Shown: one piece after another, positions 8,537 through 18,082 of the stretch
How the letters are laid out: each line of letters starts with the position of its first letter
Numbering within the stretch: position 1 is the first letter of the stretch
Notes under the pieces: model-generated
Seen by the model: only the letters and a program-made list of their open reading frames with translations
What the model was told of the DNA's origin: nothing
Database searches by the model: none
Program-made: the position numbers and the translations under genes
Assembly: GCA_038063755.1 (NCBI GenBank)
Contig: JBBTUL010000012.1
Location: forward strand, 572 to 64,571
Length of the DNA: 64,000 nucleotides
Reading direction: 5' to 3'
Origin: Patescibacteria group bacterium
Lineage (GTDB): Bacteria; Patescibacteriota; Minisyncoccia; UBA6257; 2-01-FULL-56-20

Positions 8537-10225
8537 ATGGCAGAGACGCCACAATCTATTCTTCAGGCAAAGCTTACGGACATCCATCGCCAAGCGGAGG
8601 AGCGTGATGCTGAGCGGAGGGCAAAAGACAGGAAGACTCCGTACGTTGATGTTCGGAAGCTTCCCGTCTCAATCGATGCGGTGAAATTCATTTCCGAAGA
8701 AGACGCACGGAAGGCGTATATTGCCGCGGTCCAGATGGGGACGAGCGAACTCGCTGTTATTGTGTATGATCCGCTCCTCGAAGAAACAAAAAAAGTCATA
8801 GGCGAGCTCGAGAAAAAAAACTACCACGCGAAGATGTTCGTGGTTTCGAAAAGCGGACTCGCGCAAGTTTGGAGAATGTACGAGTTCATTCCTCCAGAAG
8901 CAAAAGAGATCACTGGAAAGGTTGAAATAACCAAGAAGCGCCTCGAGGAGCTCTTGGCGAAGCTTACCACCATTGAGACCGTAAAGAAGGAGATCGAAGG
9001 ATTCGATTTTGGCCATCTTTCAACCACAAACCTCATCGAGGCGATTCTCGCCGGAGCCATGGCGAACAGAACCTCGGATATTCACTTCGAAGCGGAGGAA
9101 AAAACAGCCCGCATCAGATTTCGCATTGACGGGTTGCTTCACGATGTTGTCTCTGCACTTCCGGCGAAAAATTACGAATCGCTTGTGTCGCGCGTAAAAC
9201 TTTTCTCTGGACTGAAAATAAATATTCACGGAGAGGCGCAAGACGGGAGGTTTACTATTAAGTTGGAAAACAAAGAAATCGAAATGCGCGTTTCGATTAT
9301 TCCCTCAGAGTTTGGAGAAACCGTTGTTATGCGTATTCTCGACCCCGCTGCGATTATGACCGACCTTGAGCATCTGGGGCTGCGCGCGGACGACCTTGCC
9401 CTGGTAGACGAGGAGCTTCGGAGGCCGAATGGACTTATTTTAAACACCGGGCCAACCGGATCAGGAAAAACAACAACGCTTTACGCGTTTTTGCGGAAAC
9501 TAGTGAACCCCGAAACCAAGATTATAACCATCGAGGATCCAATTGAGTATCGCGTGGCGGGGGTTGAGCAAACACAGACGAACACAGAGGTCGGATACAC
9601 CTTTGCCGATGGGCTCCGAGCTATCGTGCGCCAGGATCCCGACGTCATTCTTGTCGGAGAAATTCGAGATTTTGAAACCGCCAACATTGCTCTTCAGGCA
9701 TCGCTTACCGGACACATGGTTTTTTCAACGCTTCATACGAACAGCGCAGTCGGTGCGGTTCCTCGGCTCGTAGACCTTGGAGTGAAGGCGGAGAGTATTG
9801 GCCCTGCGCTTTCTCTTATTATCGCCCAGAGGCTCGTCCGAGTTCTTTGTGAAAACTGCAAGAAGGCAGTGCCTACCCCTTCGGACTTAAAGAAAAAAAT
9901 TGAAAGCTTCTTTGAAAAACTTCCATCAAGAGTTGACCGTGCGCCCTACGAAACGATAAAAATGTTTTTTCCGGTAGGATGCGAGAAATGCAATATGCTT
10001 GGCTATAAGGGGAGAAGGGGAATTTTCGAATTCCTTCGCTGCGGAACGGAATTTCAGGAATTAGTGCTTAGTTCGTCGTCTGAGGTGGGGCTTCGCAAGT
10101 TTGCCAAAAAGCAAGAAATGGTTTCTATGCAGGAAGACGGAGTGCTAAAGACGCTTTTAGGCATTACCACATTCGAGGAGGTTGAGTCTGTCACTGGGCC
10201 TATTGTGTGGGAAGAGAAGGCGTGA
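8537..10225 (+). CDS. GspE/PilB-family type II/IV secretion (type IV pilus assembly) ATPase
   Basis: T2SSE N-domain, Walker A GPTGSGKTTT, Asp and His boxes, and a C4 zinc-binding motif (CENC...CEKC). Confidence 0.8.
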   Translation: MAETPQSILQAKLTDIHRQAEERDAERRAKDRKTPYVDVRKLPVSIDAVKFISEEDARKAYIAAVQMGTSELAVIVYDPLLEETKKVIGELEKKNYHAKMFVVSKSGLAQVWRMYEFIPPEAKEITGKVEITKKRLEELLAKLTTIETVKKEIEGFDFGHLSTTNLIEAILAGAMANRTSDIHFEAEEKTARIRFRIDGLLHDVVSALPAKNYESLVSRVKLFSGLKINIHGEAQDGRFTIKLENKEIEMRVSIIPSEFGETVVMRILDPAAIMTDLEHLGLRADDLALVDEELRRPNGLILNTGPTGSGKTTTLYAFLRKLVNPETKIITIEDPIEYRVAGVEQTQTNTEVGYTFADGLRAIVRQDPDVILVGEIRDFETANIALQASLTGHMVFSTLHTNSAVGAVPRLVDLGVKAESIGPALSLIIAQRLVRVLCENCKKAVPTPSDLKKKIESFFEKLPSRVDRAPYETIKMFFPVGCEKCNMLGYKGRRGIFEFLRCGTEFQELVLSSSSEVGLRKFAKKQEMVSMQEDGVLKTLLGITTFEEVESVTGPIVWEEKA

Positions 10226-10513
10226 TAGAACAAAAGAAGGGCAGAAAATAAACAGCCCCGAAGTGGGGATGTTCTGCCGATAGGCGGCTCAAAACTGGGG
10301 GCGAATTCCGGTCAGGGAATCAAGTCTCTTCTCGTAGATTGAAAGAGGTTAGAAATATTTCGAGGATGAGTCTCGTCGAGACCAGACCGTCCTTAGAACT
10401 AGAAATAATTCCCGCGCCCCCAGATTTGAACCGAGTATCAACTGAAAGCATCTTATCATAAAGAAATGCAAATGTCAATACCCGGAAGCCGTTAGAAAAT
10501 AAAGACTTTTTAC

Positions 10514-11530
10514 ATGAACAACAATCCCTTGCACGGCCCAGATCCGATCGTTTCAAACGAGGATCAAAGCATGGATTCGGCTCTTCGTCCTCGCGCATGG
10601 GAGGAGTATGTTGGCCAGGGCAAGGCAAAAGAGAATCTAAGAATAATTATTGATGCCGCGCGGAAAAGAGGCGAAGCGATGGATCATGTTCTTTTTTCGG
10701 GTCCTGCGGGGCTCGGGAAGACGACGCTTGCGTACCTTGTTGCTCGCGAACTTGGAGCGAACGTGAGAACAACGTCCGGACCAGCTCTCGAGAAGATGGG
10801 AGACATGGCCGCAATTCTCACCAACCTTGAGCCGCACGAAATATTATTTATTGACGAAGCGCATCGAATCAACAGGCTCATTGAAGAAGTTCTTTATCCC
10901 GCGATGGAGTCGCGCAAATTACACTTGATGATAGGGAAGGGGCCGAGCGCCCGATCGCTTACCATCGATCTTCCGCCGTTTACCCTGATCGCCGCAACAA
11001 CTAGAGAGAATCTTCTGTCCCAGCCGCTTCGTTCTCGTTTCGGAGCGATTTTTCGCCTCGAGTACTACGGTGAAAACGATATCCAAAAAATACTTTCGAG
11101 ATCGTCAGAGATTCTTAAAATAGCCGTTTCGAAAGAGGGAGTTAATGTTCTTGCGAGAGCGTCGAGGTCAACGCCTCGCGTCGCGAACCGAATATTAAAA
11201 CGAGCGAGGGATTTTATGGAGGTTCAAGGGAAAAAAGAAATTGACGAAGGAGTGGCGAAACAGACACTCGATCTCCTCGAGATAGACGAAGTCGGACTCG
11301 AACAGCACGATCGGAAGCTTTTAAACGCAATCATCGAAAAGTTTGGTGGAGGCCCCGTCGGGATTGGAACGCTTGCGGCTGCGCTTTCCGAAGAACGAGG
11401 AGTTATAGAAGACATTTACGAGCCCTACCTTATGAGCTTAGGATTTTTACAAAGGACTCCTTCTGGCCGTGTTGTGCTTCCTGCCGCATACGACCATCTG
11501 GGAACCAAGAGAAAGGGAGGACTTCTTTAG
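10514..11530 (+). CDS. ruvB: Holliday junction branch-migration ATPase RuvB
   Basis: AAA+ protein with LFSGPAGLGKTTLA, FIDEAHR and a C-terminal winged helix. Confidence 0.9.
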   Translation: MNNNPLHGPDPIVSNEDQSMDSALRPRAWEEYVGQGKAKENLRIIIDAARKRGEAMDHVLFSGPAGLGKTTLAYLVARELGANVRTTSGPALEKMGDMAAILTNLEPHEILFIDEAHRINRLIEEVLYPAMESRKLHLMIGKGPSARSLTIDLPPFTLIAATTRENLLSQPLRSRFGAIFRLEYYGENDIQKILSRSSEILKIAVSKEGVNVLARASRSTPRVANRILKRARDFMEVQGKKEIDEGVAKQTLDLLEIDEVGLEQHDRKLLNAIIEKFGGGPVGIGTLAAALSEERGVIEDIYEPYLMSLGFLQRTPSGRVVLPAAYDHLGTKRKGGLL

Positions 11531-11537
11531 ATCAAGC

Positions 11538-12089
11538 ATGGTCTATATAAGCGAAATCCTCACGAATCCGATCGGAGATGATGCGCGAGGAGAGTGGGTC
11601 GAGATAGGAAACAGCGGGACGGAGGTGGTTTCTCTTGTCGGGTGGAGTCTCACCACAAAAAGCGGGAAAAAAGCCGCGCTTTTTGGAGAGATTGCCCCCG
11701 GGGACCTTCGTGTTTTTTCTCGAAGCGAAACGCGCCTCTCATTTAGAAACACAGACGAGGAGCTTGCGCTCTTTCGTCCGGATGGAACGATGGTGGTCAG
11801 AGCTTCCTTCCCCGGAACATCTATCGAGGGGAAAAGCCTGAATTATGAAAAAAATTTTTTCCTACCAGGAAAGCCGACTCCCGGGAAAGAAAATATTTTA
11901 GCTCTGATTGGCGTGGTTGAGACGCCATATCTTGATGGCGCAAGTCTTGTGCCAAGCAATCTCCATGCTCCTGCAGGAGCGCTCGTTGGGGTCGCCATCT
12001 TGTGCGCTGGCAGCATTCTCTTTATTGTAAAAACAAATGCGGCATTACACCACCTATTCTTCGCGGGAGACAAAAAAACTCGCGAGTGA
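11538..12089 (+). CDS. lamin-tail-domain (LTD) protein with C-terminal TM helix
   Basis: ISEILTNP...EWVEIGNSG...VSLVGWSL matches the LTD consensus (EWVEL.N.g...vdLsGW.L). There is a hydrophobic C-terminal segment. The start is taken at the first ATG after the ruvB stop. Confidence 0.55.
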   Translation: MVYISEILTNPIGDDARGEWVEIGNSGTEVVSLVGWSLTTKSGKKAALFGEIAPGDLRVFSRSETRLSFRNTDEELALFRPDGTMVVRASFPGTSIEGKSLNYEKNFFLPGKPTPGKENILALIGVVETPYLDGASLVPSNLHAPAGALVGVAILCAGSILFIVKTNAALHHLFFAGDKKTRE

Positions 12090-12501
12090 GGTCGGAAAAA
12101 AACTTCTCGCGGCGAGAGCGCAACAAGGAGCACGGGTCATCCTGCTTTCGGGCGACCTGGGAAGCGGGAAGACCGTTTTTGTGCAGGGACTGCTCCGCTC
12201 GTTTGGGCTTTCGGGGCGGATAACCAGCCCGACGTTTGTTCTCATGAGGCAGTACAAGATTCCAACCGGAAAGAAGATTGTTTACAATCGTGCGTATCAT
12301 GTCGACGCGTATCGGCTCAACAAAAAAACGCTCCATCATGCTCTAAAGAAAGAGGCCCTACAAGATCCGCGAGCTGTGGTGCTTATCGAGTGGCCGGAGC
12401 ACACCGAGCTTTGGAAAAAGGCAAAAAAGGCGGTTAGGATCACTTTTTCTCACGGGAGAAAAAGAAATGAGCGGAATATCGCAATGCCGAAGTTGTTTTA
12501 G
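12037..12501 (+). CDS. tsaE: tRNA t6A37 threonylcarbamoyladenosine biosynthesis protein TsaE
   Basis: P-loop ILLSGDLGSGKTVFVQGL with a TsaE/YjeE-like length of 154 aa. Confidence 0.7.
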   Translation: MRHYTTYSSRETKKLASEVGKKLLAARAQQGARVILLSGDLGSGKTVFVQGLLRSFGLSGRITSPTFVLMRQYKIPTGKKIVYNRAYHVDAYRLNKKTLHHALKKEALQDPRAVVLIEWPEHTELWKKAKKAVRITFSHGRKRNERNIAMPKLF

Positions 12502-12513
12502 ACGACGTCTGGT

Positions 12514-13434
12514 ATGATGAGAGCGACCATGAAAAAACTTCTTCTCGTAGATGCTCATTCTCTTCTCCATCGAGCGTTTCACGCGATTCCTCCGCTCACG
12601 AGCCCGTCTGGAGAAGTTGTAAATGCACTTTACGGAGTGGCAAAAATTATTACCAAGATACTAAGAGAGGAGGCTCCGGATTACGTTGCCGTTTTAAGAG
12701 ATTTGCCAGAGCCGACATTCAGAAAAAAGGAATACGAAGCATATAAAGCGACGAGGCCAAAAACCGCCGATGAGCTTGTCTCACAGCTAAAGCGAGCTCC
12801 CGAGCTTTTTGACGCATTCGGGATTCGCGTCTTCGAATCCCCCGGGTTTGAGGCCGACGATCTCATTGCGACGCTTGTCCATCAATTCAGAGAGGAGGAT
12901 GTTTCTGTCGTGATCGTGACAAGCGACATGGACGCCCTGCAGCTTGTCTTAGGAGACAAGGTCGTTGTTCTTGCGCCGAAAGGTGGGCTAGGAGAGTTTA
13001 CGGTTTACAACGAAGAAGGGGTGCGAGAGAAGCTCGGTGTTTTTCCGAGACAGGTGGTTGGTTTTAAGTCGCTGGTTGGTGATCAGTCGGACAATGTGAA
13101 GGGCGTCCCAGGAATCGGCCCAAAAACCGCAGCGGAAATTCTTGTAAAATACGAAGACATAGAATCTTTTTTTGAAAAAGGAGGAGAGGAAGAGAAATAC
13201 AAAAAGTTTATGGCCTTCAAGGACGATGCGTTTCGTGCAAAATACCTTGTTGAGCTTCGAAAGGACGCGCCGATTTCTTCAAGGCCAGAGGAGCTTTTGT
13301 ATAGAGGACACACCGAGAGAGAAAAAGAATATTTTGAAGAAATGGGCTTCAAGAGCCTTCTTAGGGAGGGTGGGACCTCCGAAAAAGCAAAGAAAGATGC
13401 CGTAAGGACCGCAAAAGCACAGAAACTGTTCTGA
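12514..13434 (+). CDS. standalone 5'-3' exonuclease (FEN / Pol I N-terminal nuclease family)
   Basis: LLLVDAHSLLHRAFHA, a helix-hairpin-helix region (KGVPGIGPKTAAEIL) and acidic metal-binding residues. No polymerase domain is attached. Confidence 0.75.
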   Translation: MMRATMKKLLLVDAHSLLHRAFHAIPPLTSPSGEVVNALYGVAKIITKILREEAPDYVAVLRDLPEPTFRKKEYEAYKATRPKTADELVSQLKRAPELFDAFGIRVFESPGFEADDLIATLVHQFREEDVSVVIVTSDMDALQLVLGDKVVVLAPKGGLGEFTVYNEEGVREKLGVFPRQVVGFKSLVGDQSDNVKGVPGIGPKTAAEILVKYEDIESFFEKGGEEEKYKKFMAFKDDAFRAKYLVELRKDAPISSRPEELLYRGHTEREKEYFEEMGFKSLLREGGTSEKAKKDAVRTAKAQKLF

Positions 13435-13471
13435 TTTCTATACCGGCGCGAGTGCTGGTATACTTATCCAT

Positions 13472-15049
13472 ATGTCATCCTCTCCCGCGGGCGATCTGGG
13501 CGATCGCTATTGGGCCCTCCGACTCAAAAAGGAGCCGAAAGAGATTCCGCGCATCCACGTAGATGAGGTAGCCTCACAAGTTTCCTCTTTTTACGAAAGA
13601 GCGAGAAATATTATTGATTACCAAGAAGAGCATCTTTTAAGGAAGCATTTTATTGCGCGAACGCTTCGCAGGCGTCTTGCTTTGCAAAAGAAACAAGACG
13701 CAGCAGAGCCGCTCGTAAAAGACATTGTTCGCGCCGGACATCTTTCAAACGATGCCGTTCCGGAGACAAAGATAGCGGAAGTTCAGCGGATTATAAACGC
13801 GTATAGGAGCATCGGAAGAGCGCTAAAAGACAAGGAGGAGATGTCGCGCGAAATGGGAGAGTGGGTTTTCAAAATTACCGCAAGCGCAATAGAAGAGTGT
13901 TTGTTTCCGCCAGCCGCAGACGAGCTTATTGCGGAATTTATGTTTGCGAGCCTAAGAGAGGGTCTTACGGTTCACCACAAAGACAGTATGTCGGACGACG
14001 AGGTTAGCGTACAGCTTTTTATTGCCGTACAGAAGGCGCTTCTTCGGGTTGATGCTGATCAGCTACAATATCGTCTTCTTGGATTTATTTATCCCGACTG
14101 GGTTGAGGCGGCTGACTCCGAAAAGGGAGCAGAGGTTGCATCGTCGCTGCCGAAGGTAAAGAAAATGATGAAAAATTACATCCAGAACCAGCTCGGAGCT
14201 CCTTTTCTCGCGCTTGCGAATAGATACAATACCGTTTTCCATCTTATTGGAGACGTCATGGCCTCTTCGGAAAGCCAAGAAGATCTTGCGCGAGCGCTAC
14301 GCGACCCACAAGAGCTTGAGCCGAGGGTGAAGATCGCGTATCAGAAGCGATTTAGCAAGGAAAAACGAAGGTTAAGGAAGTTCGCCTTGCTATCGGTTAT
14401 TTCCTTTTTTATATCAAAGATCGCGGTTGCTCTTGCGGTCGAGATACCGCTCGAAAAGTATTTTACAAGTTCATTTTCAGCGACGACGACGGCAATCAAC
14501 ATTCTTTTCCCTCCCCTGCTCATGTTTGTGATAGTTCTCTTCGTTCGTATGCCGCCACAGAAAAACAGACTATTAGTATTTGAAGAAATTAAAAAAGTTT
14601 TGTTCGGGGAAGGACAGACGTACGAGGTGGTTATGCCGAGGGCTCGGCTCGGAATCGGAGGAGCCGTAGTCCGCCTGTTTTACGCGGGACTTTTCGTGGC
14701 GTTGATGTTCGCAGTTTCTCGCGCTCTTTTTTCCGCCGGCTTCAATATTCCAAATATTATTATTTTCGTGATATTCACGTCGCTCGTTGCCGCAACGGGA
14801 GTAAGGGTTCACAATCGAGCGAGCGAGCTCAGCTTGAGAGAGAAAAAGCCAACAATCATTTCTTTTCTTTGGGACATTGTCGTAATGCCGTTTGTCACCA
14901 TCGGAACATGGATCATCAGGGCGCTCGCGCGGTTTAACGTTGTCGTTTTCTTGTTTAACATGCTCATTGACTTCCCGCTTCAGATTTTTGTCGAGTTTAT
15001 AGAAAACTTCCGCGACTTTATCCGAGGAAAGAAAGACGCAATGAGATAA
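13472..15049 (+). CDS. hypothetical membrane protein (about 300 aa soluble helical N-domain + 5-6 C-terminal TM helices)
   Basis: Long ORF with a good coding signal. It sits 4 nt upstream of the sensor kinase gene. Confidence 0.5.
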   Translation: MSSSPAGDLGDRYWALRLKKEPKEIPRIHVDEVASQVSSFYERARNIIDYQEEHLLRKHFIARTLRRRLALQKKQDAAEPLVKDIVRAGHLSNDAVPETKIAEVQRIINAYRSIGRALKDKEEMSREMGEWVFKITASAIEECLFPPAADELIAEFMFASLREGLTVHHKDSMSDDEVSVQLFIAVQKALLRVDADQLQYRLLGFIYPDWVEAADSEKGAEVASSLPKVKKMMKNYIQNQLGAPFLALANRYNTVFHLIGDVMASSESQEDLARALRDPQELEPRVKIAYQKRFSKEKRRLRKFALLSVISFFISKIAVALAVEIPLEKYFTSSFSATTTAINILFPPLLMFVIVLFVRMPPQKNRLLVFEEIKKVLFGEGQTYEVVMPRARLGIGGAVVRLFYAGLFVALMFAVSRALFSAGFNIPNIIIFVIFTSLVAATGVRVHNRASELSLREKKPTIISFLWDIVVMPFVTIGTWIIRALARFNVVVFLFNMLIDFPLQIFVEFIENFRDFIRGKKDAMR

Positions 15050-15053
15050 TCGT

Positions 15054-16361
15054 ATGAGTAAGAAAACAAACAAAATTATTTTCTTTGTTATAACCGCCCT
15101 TGCGCTTATTCTTGTGGCCGGGCTCTGCCTGTTCTATGCCCCGTGGTACTTTGCGGCTCCGGCGGTTACAGCGCTCTTCTTGGTTACGATTCTCCTCGGA
15201 AAAAGACCGCCAGGAGGGCCGAATGAACAGCCAATATATTCCGCGGAGGCGGGCAGCGAAAAAGACCAATTCAAAAGCATCATCTCGGCAATAGAAGATG
15301 GGCTTGTCGTTTACAACAAAGACTTCACGATTCTGTTTTTTAACTCTGCCGCAGAAAGACTCTTCGGAATTCAGCAGAAAGAGGTTGTTGGGAAAAAGAT
15401 AGAGCCTCAGAACGTTGAAACACAAGGCCTAAAACGCCTTGTACAGGTCCTGTTTCCGACGCTTGCTCCGACCATGACTCCTCGCTCAAAAGCGGGTGAG
15501 TACCCTCAGATCGTAGACCTTTCATTCGACGCCCCCTATCTCGAGCTTCGAACGATAACGTCTCCCGTGTCAGATGGCGCCGGAGGGCTTTCCGGATTTA
15601 TGAAGATCGTGCGAGATCGAACGCGAGAGGCTTCGCTCGTGAAGTCAAAAAATGAATTCATCACCGTCGCGTCGCACCAGCTTCGCACCCCGATCACCAA
15701 CGTCGGATGGACGCTTGAATCGCTTGCAGGAAATAGTGCGCTTGATGCGACAACGAAAACGCTCGTTGAGAATGCCCTGGTTTCTGTAAAACAGCTTCGA
15801 GGAGTAGTCGAAGATCTTCTAAATATTTCAAAAATAGAAGAAGGCAGGTTCGGTTATCAGTTTGAAGAAATGTCTCTCTCGGCGTTTCTCGAAAAGATAT
15901 TAGCAGAGGCGCTTCCGCAGGCGCGCCGAGTTGGTATTGCTCTTTATTTTGACAAACCACCGGAAGAGCTTTCGAAGGTGCGCATAGACCCAAATAAACT
16001 TTCGATGGCGGTTTCAAACTTTCTCGACAATGCAATCCGGTACAACACACAAAGCGGGAAGGTGACGGTTGAAATCAAAAATGAAGCGCCGTTTTTAAAG
16101 GTTTCCATAAAAGATACCGGCATTGGGATTCCGAAAGAAGACCTGCAGAAGCTTTTCACCAGATTTTTCAGAGCGGGAAATGCGGTAAAATCCGCAGCCG
16201 ACGGATCGGGACTGGGACTCTATATCGCACAAAACATCATTCATGCTCATGGAGGAAAGGTGTGGGTAGAATCCGAGCTTGGCCGAGGAACAACGTTTTA
16301 TTTCACCATACCGACAGATCCCTCCCTCATTCCACCCAAAGAGGTTCCGCTTGAGTTTTAG
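15054..16361 (+). CDS. sensor histidine kinase (2 TM, PAS, HisKA, HATPase_c)
   Basis: H-box SHQLRTPITNV and G-boxes (GSGLGLYIAQNIIHAHGGKVWVESELGRGTTFYF). No response regulator gene is adjacent. Confidence 0.8.
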   Translation: MSKKTNKIIFFVITALALILVAGLCLFYAPWYFAAPAVTALFLVTILLGKRPPGGPNEQPIYSAEAGSEKDQFKSIISAIEDGLVVYNKDFTILFFNSAAERLFGIQQKEVVGKKIEPQNVETQGLKRLVQVLFPTLAPTMTPRSKAGEYPQIVDLSFDAPYLELRTITSPVSDGAGGLSGFMKIVRDRTREASLVKSKNEFITVASHQLRTPITNVGWTLESLAGNSALDATTKTLVENALVSVKQLRGVVEDLLNISKIEEGRFGYQFEEMSLSAFLEKILAEALPQARRVGIALYFDKPPEELSKVRIDPNKLSMAVSNFLDNAIRYNTQSGKVTVEIKNEAPFLKVSIKDTGIGIPKEDLQKLFTRFFRAGNAVKSAADGSGLGLYIAQNIIHAHGGKVWVESELGRGTTFYFTIPTDPSLIPPKEVPLEF

Positions 16362-16363
16362 TT

Positions 16364-17143
16364 ATGATCATTTTTCTTTCCGGTCCAGACGACTATCGTC
16401 GATGCGAGAGGCGACGGTTTTACGAGGAAGAGTTCTCAAGGAAATATCCCGCTGCTCCAATCGAGAGATTCGACGGGGAAGAAGAGGGCGAGGTGGAGCG
16501 CCTGAGAGAGTTTCTTCGCGGACAGTCTTTGTTTGCTTTAGAGAAAATGGCGGTTCTCTCCGACGGGTTTGCTTTTGCGAAGGAGCTGAAGAAGATTTTG
16601 ATCTCAGTCCAAGAAGGAAAAAAAAGCGTTGTTCTTATAACGAGCAAGGACGGTGCTCCTAAAAGTATGAGTTTTCTCGAGGAAGAGCCGACGCTTTTTA
16701 AAGAGTTTTCGCATCTTGCGGGACAGGCATGGGTTGCCTTTATCAAAAAAACAGCAGCCGAGGAGCGTGTTCAGATCGACCCCGGCGCGGTAAGGCTCCT
16801 TTCCCGCGCCTACGAAAAAGATTCCTGGGGGCTCGTAACAGAGCTAAGAAAGCTGGCGTTCGTTCCCGGGGGAAACATATCTCTCGAAAAAGCGGAAAGT
16901 CTTGGAATTGAAGAAACACCTTTTTTCTGGGGCGTTATTCAGGGACTTAAGGGGCAAAGCACGAAAACAAGACTCTCTTCGCTCGAGACGCTTCTTTCGA
17001 AAGGAGAACCGCCCGCGAAGCTGTTTAACATGCTCGCATCGCTTTGGGTACAAAAAATGCCGTTTTTCGCAAAAAACGACATTCTTATTAAGAACGGGAA
17101 GCTTGATTACGAAGAAGCCTTGCTGGATCTTGTTACCAGCTGA
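16364..17143 (+). CDS. holA: DNA polymerase III delta subunit-like (short HolA)
   Basis: Region IDPGAVRLLSRAYEKDSWGLVTELRKLAF resembles the HolA helical domain (…GDLRALESELEKLALY). At 259 aa it is shorter than typical HolA. Confidence 0.5.
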   Translation: MIIFLSGPDDYRRCERRRFYEEEFSRKYPAAPIERFDGEEEGEVERLREFLRGQSLFALEKMAVLSDGFAFAKELKKILISVQEGKKSVVLITSKDGAPKSMSFLEEEPTLFKEFSHLAGQAWVAFIKKTAAEERVQIDPGAVRLLSRAYEKDSWGLVTELRKLAFVPGGNISLEKAESLGIEETPFFWGVIQGLKGQSTKTRLSSLETLLSKGEPPAKLFNMLASLWVQKMPFFAKNDILIKNGKLDYEEALLDLVTS

Positions 17144-17382
17144 GCTAGCCGCGATTTTAGGCGGCTTGCCTTGTTTTTTGCAATAGTGTTTCCTTTCGCG
17201 GCCTTGTCAAGAGCTTTATTTGCGGCAGAAAGGAGCTTTTTGATCTCCTCCTCTTTTTTTAACGAGATGCTTGATCGAAGAGTTTTTACTGCGGACTTGT
17301 AAGAGTCTTTTCGGGCGTCATTTCGCTCTTTCCGGCGAGCGTTTTGGCGAAGCGCTTTCTTGGCGGATGAAGTAATTGGCAT
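17107..17382 (-). CDS. rpsT: 30S ribosomal protein S20
   Basis: From the internal Met the sequence is MPITSSAKKALRQNARRKERNDARKDSYKSAVKTL..., typical S20. The longer ORF-track N-terminus is probably untranslated. Confidence 0.8.
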   Translation of the reverse strand: MPITSSAKKALRQNARRKERNDARKDSYKSAVKTLRSSISLKKEEEIKKLLSAANKALDKAAKGNTIAKNKASRLKSRLAQLVTRSSKASS

Positions 17383-17485
17383 GTTCTTTTGTGAAAAAAG
17401 TATATCGCACTCCCAAAAAATAACAAGACCCCCGCAGGAAGCCGCGTGATGGGCAGGGAAGCCTTCGGGGCGTATAATGTAGAAA

Positions 17486-18082
17486 ATGATACATTTCGTA
17501 TCGGGAACCATCCAAGAGAAAAACGAAGATAAGGTTGTGGTCGAGGTGGGGGGGGTGGGCTTGATGCTTACGACAACCTCGACTACGGCAAAGCGTCTCC
17601 CCCGGGTAGGGGAAAAGGCTTTTCTTTTTTCATACCTTCACGTAAAAGAAGACGCGCTTGATCTTTATGGATTCAGCGACGCGGAAGAAAGATCTTTCTT
17701 TGAACTCCTTTTAACCGTCTCCGGAGTCGGTCCTCGATCGGCGCTCGCGGTTCTTGAGGTTGCACATCTCGCCAAGCTCAAAGCGGCCATTGTTGAAGGA
17801 AGGGCAGACCTTCTGACTCAAGCATCCGGAGTTGGAAAAAAGATTGCAGAGCGCATTGTTCTCGAGCTTAAGGCGAAGGTAAGATCGCTACACCCCGACT
17901 CGACTATCGTGGAGATGGAGGGAGATTCGGACATCGTCGAGGCGCTTACCGGTCTTGGTTATAAAAAAGAAACCGTACGGGAAATCGTTGCAGGTCTTCC
18001 GGGGGGGCTTCACGGGTTTGATGTTCGCCTAAAAAGCGCACTCAAGACACTCGGCGGCGGAAAGAAAAAAAATGACGCTTGA
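17486..18082 (+). CDS. ruvA: Holliday junction DNA helicase RuvA
   Basis: OB-fold N-terminus (MIHFVSGTIQEK...VVVEVGGVG), HhH motifs (LLTVSGVGPRSALAVL, ASGVGKKIAERI) and a C-terminal domain III. Confidence 0.8.
   Translation: MIHFVSGTIQEKNEDKVVVEVGGVGLMLTTTSTTAKRLPRVGEKAFLFSYLHVKEDALDLYGFSDAEERSFFELLLTVSGVGPRSALAVLEVAHLAKLKAAIVEGRADLLTQASGVGKKIAERIVLELKAKVRSLHPDSTIVEMEGDSDIVEALTGLGYKKETVREIVAGLPGGLHGFDVRLKSALKTLGGGKKKNDA

Noticed and set aside
10400-10440. tRNA-like T-arm (GGTTCAAATCTGGGGGCGCGGG on the minus strand) in the pilB-ruvB intergenic region
   Set aside because: No complementary 5' acceptor strand, D-arm or anticodon arm could be found within 90 nt, so it cannot be folded into a tRNA. 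At most it is a tRNA 3' remnant.
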